A stretch of DNA of 64,000 bases from Eledone cirrhosa (taxonomy: Eukaryota), in contig OZ024742.1 in the NCBI GenBank assembly GCA_964016885.1, positions 40,052,001 through 40,116,000 of the forward strand. The letters run 5' to 3'. The notes under the pieces were generated by a model. It was not told the DNA's origin, made no database searches, and was given only the letters and a program-made list of their open reading frames with translations. Every line of letters begins with the position of its first letter. Positions within the stretch are counted from its first letter, which is position 1. Positions 54,615-64,000 of the stretch are shown here, in pieces. The position numbers were made by a program, and so were the translations under genes.

Positions 54615-54669
54615 ACTGCCTGAAGAGGTCACAGTCAAAGATGGCTGTCACTGAAATATATATAGCAGT
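54615..54669 (+). ncRNA. Minimal hammerhead (right arm)
   Basis: ACUGC CUGAAGA GGUcACAGUCA aaga UGGCUGUcACU GAAA UAUAUA UA^GCAGU. Confidence 0.85.
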
Positions 54670-54931
54670 AATAAACGAAGCTAAATTTTAAACATTTGAC
54701 TTTTTATTTAACTTTATTTTATATATAGATATATACATACATATATACACATATACATATATACATATATATACACACATACATATACACATATATATAT
54801 ATATACACACATACACACACATATACATACACACATACACCATACATACATATATACACATATATATACACACATACATACACACATACACACATACATA
54901 TATATATATATATACATATACACACATATAC

Positions 54932-54962
<31 letters not shown>

Positions 54963-55757
54963 TATATATATACACACATATACACATATATATATATATA
55001 CATATAATACATATACACATACATACACACACATATATATATATATATATACATACACACAAATATACACACACATACGTACATACGTACACACATACAC
55101 ACATATATATATATATACACACATGCGTACACATACATATACATACATATACACATACACATACATATACATACATATAGACACATACACACAAATATAT
55201 ACACATACAAATAAATAAGTACTCAATAAATACACGCATATACACAGGCACATAAAAACAGCTCTACAGGCAGAAAATGCAGATAGGTAAGAGGTACACA
55301 CATTTTCCAATATATATATAGGAAAATGTGTGAGATACTTGATACAGTTAGGTATATTTGAAAAAAAGGAAAAGAATTACTTCACTTGTAGTGTTTAAAA
55401 ATTTTGATTTAATTTTATATTATAATATTATAAAATTAAATCAAAATTTGTTAACACTACAAGTGAAATCATTCTTTTCTTTTTTTTTTAAATGTATATA
55501 TATCGATCGACCCTCCAGCTGGTCGCCCGAGAAACATTTGTAATATGTCCAATATATTCCTTTCGTCGCAACACTGATTCTCTTTTTCTCTGATATATAT
55601 ATATATCGCCAGCGAGAGATAAGACTAAATGTTACATAACACCTATAACAATAAACTCACTAAAGTTTACACCTCGTGCGTTGAAAGTCATATGCGGTGC
55701 GAGTGGTTATGCTAGAAATAATAGCCTATTTACACTCATTTTTATATATATATATAT

Positions 55758-56542
55758 ATATTAGAATGATCGAGTATCGAAAAATCGGCGCACGAGTTCA
55801 CGATAAACAAAATTCGAAATGAGCGGCAGAGGGCTCAATAATTCAGATGAATCAGAGCTATAACTATCGTTAAAATACCGTCACACATAGAACAAGTCTA
55901 AAATCAACCATACGATAAAAAATCGATAATAGAAGATTCGGGACAATCAGATAAAAAATATCAATAAATCAATACATCAATAATTTAAATGAATGTAAAA
56001 TCATACCCGGACCCACTAGAAAGGTGTTAAATCTAGCTTCTTGGGTTTCTGTAAATCCTTAGACTGTACTCTATCAGCTCACATATAAATATATAAGACT
56101 TCTAGAGCAAGCGGACTGGAAGTTTACTTCTTCAACGAGCTTCGTCCTAGCGGATAAGAGGCCAACTACAAGCAAAATACGCACATGGAATCCGGCAAGG
56201 GAGATAACCTCTACATCCGCGAAAACTATTCGAGGAAATGTGGAAATACACATATCGAATAAAAGTGCTCAATAGACATGTTAAAATAAAACAGGAGCTA
56301 TTCATCACTCAATAGAATCGACAAAAAATGAGCAATAAAATTAACTGGTGGATAGCTATGTCCAGAGCTAAAAATATTAGAATGATCGAGTATCGAAAAA
56401 TCGGCGCACGAGTTCACGATAAACAAAATTCGAAATGAGCGGCAGAGGGCTCAATAATTCAGATGAATCAGAGCTATAACTATCGTTAAAATACCGTCAC
56501 ACATAGAACAAGTCTAAAATCAACCATACGATAAAAAATCGA
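55758..56542. repeat. Unclassified element with 169-bp terminal direct repeats (period 616 bp)
   Basis: 55758-55926 appears identical to 56374-56542; flanked by (TA)n and (CA)n. Confidence 0.8.
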
Positions 56543-56543
56543 A

Positions 56544-56600
<57 letters not shown>

Positions 56601-56754
56601 GAGTGTATATGCGCGTGTGTGTGTTTATGTTTGTGTCTGACAAAGAGATCGATAAAATAGGTTCCAGATTTGAAAAAAAAAGCAGTGAAGTCGATATGGT
56701 CGATTAAATCAAGGGGGTACTCTAACATTGCGACAGACTAATGACGGAAACCAG

Positions 56755-56756
56755 TG

Positions 56757-56797
<41 letters not shown>

Positions 56798-56825
56798 GGT
56801 GGTGGTGGTGGTAGTAGTAATGGTG

Positions 56826-56859
<34 letters not shown>

Positions 56860-56904
56860 CAGTATTAGTAGTAGTGGTGGTTGTGGTAGGGGGGTGGTAG
56901 AAGC

Positions 56905-56937
<33 letters not shown>

Positions 56938-57023
56938 TGTAGTGGTGGTGGTAGTAGTAGTAGTGGTGGTGGTAGTAGCAGTATTAGTAGTAGTAGTGGT
57001 TGTGGTAGGGGGGTGGTAGAAGC

Positions 57024-57059
<36 letters not shown>

Positions 57060-57072
57060 TGTAGTGGTGGTG

Positions 57073-57110
<38 letters not shown>

Positions 57111-57142
57111 GGTGGTGGTGGTGGAGGTGGTAGTAGTAGTAA

Positions 57143-57208
<66 letters not shown>

Positions 57209-57246
57209 CAGTAGTAGTAGTATTGCTTGTAGTAGTAATAGTAGTA
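56755..57246. repeat. (GTA)n/(GTG)n trinucleotide compound repeat
   Basis: Directly visible; explains the poly-V and poly-T pseudo-ORFs. Confidence 0.95.
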
Positions 57247-57526
57247 ATTCTTTTTAACAATAGCACAAGGCTAGCAATTTAAAGGAAGGGAGAAATCAAG
57301 TATAACAATCCCAGTACTTAACCATTACTTTATTTTGTTGATCGCGACAGAAGGTAAAGAGCTATAACTGACCATGGTTAGGCATTCTGTCGGAAGCTCT
57401 AACAAACACTCACTAGAAATACATATATGTGTGAGTAGAATGACAATAGTTATAAAGAGGTAATAAAAGGGCCGCAACTCATGGTGTCTAAAAACATCTG
57501 ACTGATAAGATGACAAGTCAGTCAAT

Positions 57527-58045
57527 CATATTGGTGGCCTCCCCACAGCCCTGGCGGACAGAATGAAGAAGCTGTTTCCCCGGAGGACGGCAAGGGAGAC
57601 GCGCTGGAAAAGCCATTCCAGCTCGCGAGGCTCACACCTGCGGCCGGCCAGCTCAGTGCCTATGGTGGTGAGTAGGGAGGTAGCCCTAGGGCCGAGGACA
57701 CCAGAAGTCTCCACTGCCAAGGGTATAACCGCAAACCTGTCGGAGAGTGACCGGTATTTGAAGAGTTTGGCCTCCTCAGCCCGACGTGCAGCAGAACCTG
57801 GGTTAGTCGCAGACTGCGCCAGGTTGCAGCTAGAGAAAGTGTCGGTGCAAGTGGCATCTCAGACGAGGGGTTTGCCACAGCGGAACGGGGCGATGGTCAT
57901 GCCATCTAGCCTTTTGCCGTCCCCTCGGTCTAGCTCCACCGGCTCGAGCTGGGAAGGGAAGCCTGCAGCGTCCAAGCCATGCTTTATGACCTCGTTGAGG
58001 GCAGCATGGCGTGGAAGGCGGCCGGTACTGTGGCGACAGGTCACT
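57527..58045 (-). pseudogene. CRE-like non-LTR retrotransposon REL endonuclease fragment
   Basis: RHAALNEVI...LEP..L.RGDGKRLDG.T..PFR.GKPLV*DAT...AVETSG...WLFQRVSLAVLRGN. Confidence 0.7.
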
Positions 58046-58333
58046 TATGGGGCGTTGTGTGGAGAGGTGATGGGAATTATGTTGATATCTAATACAGAAA
58101 TATTTATTTTATCGACTCCAGAAAAACCAACTATTTTAGTGTTGGGACTCAGAAAGTATTGCAAAGTTGTTTCTTTCTGACAATTTCCTGTGTCCACCTT
58201 TCATCAATTTTGACAAACAAATTCTTAAATCATAAAAATAACAATGAAAGAATTGATAATGATGATGATATATATATATATATGTATGTAAGTATGTTTT
58301 GAAACAGTGAGCAGGTTTGAAATTAGAAAATAG

Positions 58334-58628
58334 AATAGCTTTCACCGTATTTTTGACTAAAGAAATTTTAGCCTGATAATGGAGTTTAGAACCCTCAGAT
58401 AAATGGAAAAAATGAGTATTGACGTACATGGGAGTCGAACCCACATCTTTGGTTATCCAGACCACTGTGCTACCATTACACCAACACATCACCCATCTCC
58501 TTCCATTCAAATTAGATGTGGGTTCGACTCCCATGTACGTCAATACTCATCTTTTTCCATTTATCTGAGGGTTCTAAACTCCATTATCAGGCAAAAATTT
58601 CTTTAGTAAAAAATACGGTGAAAGCTAT

Positions 58629-58629
<1 letters not shown>
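58334..58629. mobile_element. Fold-back element enclosing a tRNA-like Pol III promoter
   Basis: Inverted arms of about 115 bp; minus strand has TGGTGTAATGGT (A-box) and GGTTCGACTCCC (B-box). Confidence 0.65.
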
Positions 58630-58660
<31 letters not shown>

Positions 58661-58663
58661 TAT

Positions 58664-59840
58664 ATGGCGGCTGCCAACTCGTTTTCGAGTACGGCCACTA
58701 CTTTATATCCATGTAGGAGAACCCCTACCGATGCGCTGAACGAGTGTGACTTTTTAGTTCAGCCAGCGACTTGAAAACTCTGGTACAAACACTACACTTG
58801 TGACAATTATTGACACATAGTGCTGGGCCCATGGTACCATGTGACGACAAGTGCAGAGAGATCGCCAGATATAAAGCAATGCCTGTGCCGTGAAGCTTTT
58901 ATAGTGAGCAAAGGCACTGCACAAAGCCAGTCCCACTCTCTTAACCAAGATGATATTTACCAAAAAGAAGAACAAGTCAACATCATTGGATACCATCAGG
59001 GTTGCAGGTGTTATATCAGAGTTTTCCTTCTCCTAGAATTCTGCCTTGACAAAGGCTAAGGGGTCATCTCACCTGGTGATTTTGGATGGCCATTGACTCT
59101 TAAGAGCTCCTTTGCCCTTTGACAGGTTTTGTTTTTAGTCCTGCAGGATGTCCAAAGTCACCCTCCTCATCAAGAAACCTTGGTGGGGTTGCCAGTTTAG
59201 TCGCCAACGACCCGACCATGAGACAGGTTGTACTGGGATACATATACATATATATATACATATATATGGTGGCTGCCAACTCGTTTTCGAGTACGGCCAC
59301 TACTTTATATCCATGTAGGAGAACTCCTACCAATGCGCTGAACGAGTGACATTTTAGTCCAGCCAGCAACTTGAAAACTCTGGTACAAACACTACACTTG
59401 TGACAATTATTGACACATAGTGCTGGGCCCATGGTACCATGTGACGACAAGCGCAGAGAGATCTCCAGATATAAAACAATGCCTGTGCCATGAAGCTTTT
59501 ATAGTGAGCAAAGGCACTGCACAAAGCCAGTCCCACTCTCTTAACCAAGATGATATTTACCAAAAAGAAGAACAAGTCAACATCATTGGATACCATCAGG
59601 GTTGCAGGTGTTATATCAGAGTTTTCCTTCTCCTAGAATTCTGCCTTGACAAAGGCTAAGGGGTCATCTCACCTGGTGATTTTGGATGGCCATTGACTCT
59701 TAAAAGCTCCTTTGCCCTTTGACAGGTTTTGTTTTTAGTCCTGCAGGATGTCCAAAGTCACCCTCCTCACCAAGAAACCTTGGTGGGGTTGCCAGTTTAG
59801 TCGCCAACGACCCGACCATGAGACAGGTTGTACTGGGATA
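58664..59840 (-). mobile_element. Two tandem units of about 600 bp, internally deleted RTE-type elements
   Basis: 58664-59240 and 59266-59840 are near identical; 5' part matches 7090-7220 and 3' part carries a C2H2-like CSRVFKSLAGLKSH. Confidence 0.65.
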
Positions 59841-59857
59841 CATATATATATATATAT

Positions 59858-60158
59858 GCATATAAACAATATGCCCCCCCCCCCCACCGCAAGGTGGTCG
59901 TGGAGGTGCCACGGCAAAAAAGCACCCAGCCCACACTGTAAAGTGGACGTGTAGGCGCCACGAAAAAGCACCCAGCACTCACTGTAAATGAGGTTGGTGT
60001 TAGGAAGGGCATCCAGCTGTAGAAATCAAGCCAGATCAGTTCCTGTATGAGCAAGGCATGGTCAGCCGACCAGGCACTGCCCACAACAGGACAACCCGTC
60101 TAACCCATGATAGCGTGGAAGAACGGACGTAAAACGGTGATGATGATGATGATGATGA
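59858..60158 (+). mobile_element. RTE 3' UTR-only copy
   Basis: Near identical to 61198-61505, with (TGA)n tail. Confidence 0.8.
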
Positions 60159-60187
60159 CATATATATATATACATACATACATAAAT

Positions 60188-60255
<68 letters not shown>

Positions 60256-60257
<2 letters not shown>

Positions 60258-61505
60258 CTGAATCTATGGCAGAACTAGAGAATAAATTCCAAACCTGGAA
60301 GCAGGGACTAGAGAGAAAGGGCCTCAAAGTCAACATGACAAAGACTAAGGTCCTTATAAGTAGACGAGAAAACAGAACCCAGATCCCCTCAGGGAAATGG
60401 CCTTGCTCAGTATGTAGGAAAGGTGTAGGTAGGAACTCCATTCTCTGCCCCAAATGCAAACAATGGGTACACAAGAGATGTAGCGGGATCTCAGGAAGCT
60501 TAATTAAGAATGTAGGATTCACATGCAGCAGCTGTGCTGAAACAGCAAGCAAACAGCCACAGGAAACAAGTACCACCAATCTCTGGGAGGGCCCTGTAGA
60601 AACAGTAGACAGCTTCTGCTACCTAGGTGACCGAATTAGCAACGGAGGTGGGTGCTCAGAAAGTACAATAACTAGGGTAAGAACGGGATGGAAGAAGTTT
60701 AGGGAACTACTACCACTGCTAGCTGCAAAAGGCTTCTCCCTCAGAATGAAAGGCAGACTGTATGATGCGTGTATCCGAACAGCGATGTTGCATGGTAGTG
60801 AGACCTGGGCGCTGAAGGTGGAAGACTTACGTAGATTAGAGAGAAACGAAGCCTGCATGCTCCGATGGATGTGTAACAGTAATATACGTGAACGACAAAG
60901 CATAAAGGAATTAAGAGAGAGACTGAGCATAAGAGGAATCAAATGCTGCGTGCAGGAGAGGCGGTTACGCTGGTATGGACATGTGATGCGTATGAAGGAT
61001 GACAGCTGCATAAAAAGGTGCAGAGCACTAGAAGTTGATGGAGACCGTGGAGTGGGGAGACCCAAGATGACTTGGGATGAGGTGATAAAAGCCGACCTTA
61101 CCCAACTACACCTCTCAAAGTCAATGACACACGACCGTGACTTCTGGCGTCACGCAGTAATACAGGGTACCCGACCTCCCATGGGTACATGCTGAAGCAT
61201 ATAAACAATATGCCCCCCCCCCCCCCCCCCCGCAAGGTGGTCGTGGAGGTGCCACGGCAAAAAAGCACCCAGCCCACACTGTAAAGTGGACGTGTAGGCG
61301 CCACGAAAAAGCACCCAGCACTCACTGTAAATGAGGTTGGTGTTAGGAAGGGCATCCAGCTGTAGAAATCAAGCCAGATCAGTTCCTGTATGAGCAAGGC
61401 ATGGTCAGCCGACCAGACACTGCCCACAACAGGACAACCCGTCTAACCCATGCTAGCGTGGAAGAACGGACGTAAAATGGTGATGATGATGATGATGATG
61501 ATGAT
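60256..61505 (+). mobile_element. 5'-truncated RTE LINE (post-RT ORF with Cys-rich insert plus 3' UTR)
   Basis: GLKVNMTKTK, WPCSVCRKGVG..C..C..WVHKRC, FCYLGD, MLHGSETW, RLRWYGHV, GRPKMTW; (TGA)n tail. Confidence 0.85.
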
Positions 61506-61639
61506 ATATATACACATACATATATATACATACATACACACACACACATATATATATATATATACATACATACATACATACACACACACATATATATATA
61601 TATATAAATAAATAAATAAAAAATATATATATATATATT

Positions 61640-62540
61640 CATAAATATACTGAAGTCGAACGGATACCCCAAATCCACAATGAATCGTCTTAAGAATCGA
61701 AGGCGCCGCCGACATAAGACCTCCTCTAACACCTGCTTATGAAATAGTCACATTTCAGCGAAAGCATAACAACAGTTATCCGCAAAGAAGGACTGGACAT
61801 ACAATTAGCACTCCCCGACCCTTTACTGCGTGGATATCTGTCTCAAAAGCAATCCAGAGACAACAATAATCAATTCACGTTGACTAACTGCCCTATCCGC
61901 GATACAGGAATGTGTCAGCGGACACATGTGGTATACCGGATTAAATGCAACATATGTAAGGAGTTCTACATTGATAGCACGATTCAAGCACTCCACATTC
62001 GCATTAAAGAACACCTCAACACACGCATCCTCATTAAAAAAACACATTGACAAATGTAGAAACATCAACCAACATATTACCGTTACCCTTAAAGCCAGTG
62101 ATAGAAATGTGGGCAACTTAAGAATTAAGGAAGTCTTGCTTATACGTCGACTTAACCAACAAATAAATAATAGATTAGAACTCAACACACAGTACTTGAC
62201 ATAAAAAGACACACCCACAGGCACACAAACTAAACATCTCATACAAAGAAGAAAATTGATTTTGCGAAATACTATATTAGCAACTGACGTCATTAACATG
62301 GAAAGCTAAGTAACCATCGAAAACGCTTGAAAACGACTTAGAAAATTTTTTAATCAAAATCAAAATTTTATCCCAAAGAGAGGAAATTGGAACGATATAC
62401 ACTGAAGGTTCCTTAAACCCTGATGAAGGGACTTTTAGGTCCCGAAATATTGGATAGATAAACAACAGATAACAGCAACAAAACAAAACAAAGATTACCA
62501 GGTAACCTTTACTTTTCATTACCACATCGTACAGTCCATA
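61640..62540 (+). mobile_element. 5'-truncated Penelope-like element (GIY-YIG remnant plus 3' pLTR)
   Basis: CPIRDTGMCQRTHVVYRIKCNICKEFYIDST, then frameshifted LKKHIDKC...LRIKEVLLI...IN; TA tracts at both ends. Confidence 0.75.
62416..62455 (+). ncRNA. Ultra-minimal hammerhead in the 3' pLTR
   Basis: CC CUGAUGA aGGGAC uuuuag GUCCC GAAAU AUU^GG. Confidence 0.7.
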
Positions 62541-64000
62541 TATATATATATATATATAACCAGGGACTACATTCTCCAATGTAACCTTATTTATTTGAGG
62601 CAGTAGTGTATAATTTGGCGAGAGATCTGGCTGCTTTTTCTAGCACATCTTGAGATCATACAGACTTCCGTGTTGGCTTGTTGAGTGAATGACAAGCTTA
62701 TTATAATGCTGGCGAATGATGGCGCTAAGAGACCCGTTTGTGTCTTCAGCTGAATTATTATCTGTCAATGATTGATTGTATTATGTATGCTCTGCAAAAG
62801 AGAAAATATGATTATATTCACATCAGCACAGAGAAATGAACACCTCCACGTGTCTTTAATACTAAACCAGGTTCAATGCCCAGAGTTACAATAAACAAAA
62901 CAAAAATGAATAAAACAACAGATATAGACAATTAGCACCCACATTTGGAGAATAGAATACACACATGCACACACAAACACACACACATTCAAACACAAAC
63001 ACACACAAAAATACACGCACACACAAAACCCTTTTGATAGCAACACGCCTGAAATCTCCCTTGTTTTATGAAACAAAACTGTTCATTTTAAAATGGCCAT
63101 ACTTATATTAAAACCTTCCATCACAATTTAATTAAGAAATTTTTGTTAAGTAATGTTTCAAGCATCACCTTACCGATGAAAAAATTAGATATTTTACTAA
63201 ATACCTCAATTTTCTTTTATTATTTTCAAAATTAATTGAAACTTATTGTCAGCATATTTCATTACAAATATGCTAACAAAAGAGATAATATAGTAATTAT
63301 AATGTGAAAGAGTCAATTTATAATATAGTAATTATATGGTGGAAGAGTTATTTTAGATAACGGAACTCTCACAGCTTACATCAAACTAAAGAAACAAAAT
63401 TGGAAACAAAACCAACACCAAAATTCTTCCCTTACAGTATTTGTAATGAAACACACTGCCTATGATTATCAAATAATTTTCAAGATAATCAAGAATTTGA
63501 AAAAAATTTAGTAATATAGCAGGCTATTTCAATATTAAGTTGTTTGGATTATAGTTAACAAAGGTTCATACATAGAATTATAATGGACGTTTTTGTTTAG
63601 ATAAACATAAACACTTTAAAATAAACAAATTTGCATCGTAGAACCAGGAGCGTTTTCAGCTGGTTTGCTATCAAAAGGGGGTAACATCCTTTAAATTATA
63701 GTATATTAACACTTAAAACATGCATAGAAACAATCGTTTAGCTGGTCACCAATAATTCTGCATTTCAGAAGGAAATTCGGCTGCTATTTCTAGCAGAGTG
63801 AACAACGATATAGAAGCTGCTTTGTTGGGTTATCATGTATATATAGATATAGGTAGTCCAAGCCTTCAACTCTATGCACTGAAACCTTAGCTAAACATTC
63901 GTTCGTTACGCAGTGTTACTGATATATTCTGTTTATACTTACAGTGATCGTTAAGGACGTTCAGTCATAGGAAACGAGCGAATTATGCATTGATCATGGA

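Larger units (their letters stand above)
54105..54722. mobile_element. Fold-back element (about 54198-54722) with hammerheads on both arms and an internal duplication of about 70 bp
   Basis: Centre GGAATCATATA-CT-TATATGATTCC near 54424; tail 54105-54197. Confidence 0.8.

Overview
This is an AT-rich eukaryotic intergenic or intronic window with no supportable host protein-coding gene. The dense (TA)n/(CA)n/(GA)n microsatellites and SINE types suggest a cephalopod (Octopus-like) genome; that is an inference. Most ORF-track entries are microsatellite artefacts. The real coding remnants are all transposable elements. A nested block at 31.4-42.2 kb holds a Penelope-like RT/GIY-YIG element split at an (AAT)n tract by two tandem R4/Dong-like retrotransposons and abutted by an L1/Tx1-like LINE. 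Further Penelope, RTE, CRE-like, Vingi-like and mariner fragments, Helitrons, a hAT MITE and many tRNA-derived SINEs are scattered through the window. The main hidden signal is RNA. By hand I count about 23 type I hammerhead ribozyme motifs (intact or lightly mutated) from about 13-14 sequence families, nearly all in short elements between (TA)n tracts. They include two unrelated motifs with a compensatory U3-A8 core, perfect fold-back pairs, and recurrent half-hammerheads whose inversion point lies in stem II. Several families share a downstream GAGTRCT motif, and HDV-like ribozyme folds occur at RTE-type 5' ends. All RNA structures were paired by eye and none was tested computationally or experimentally.
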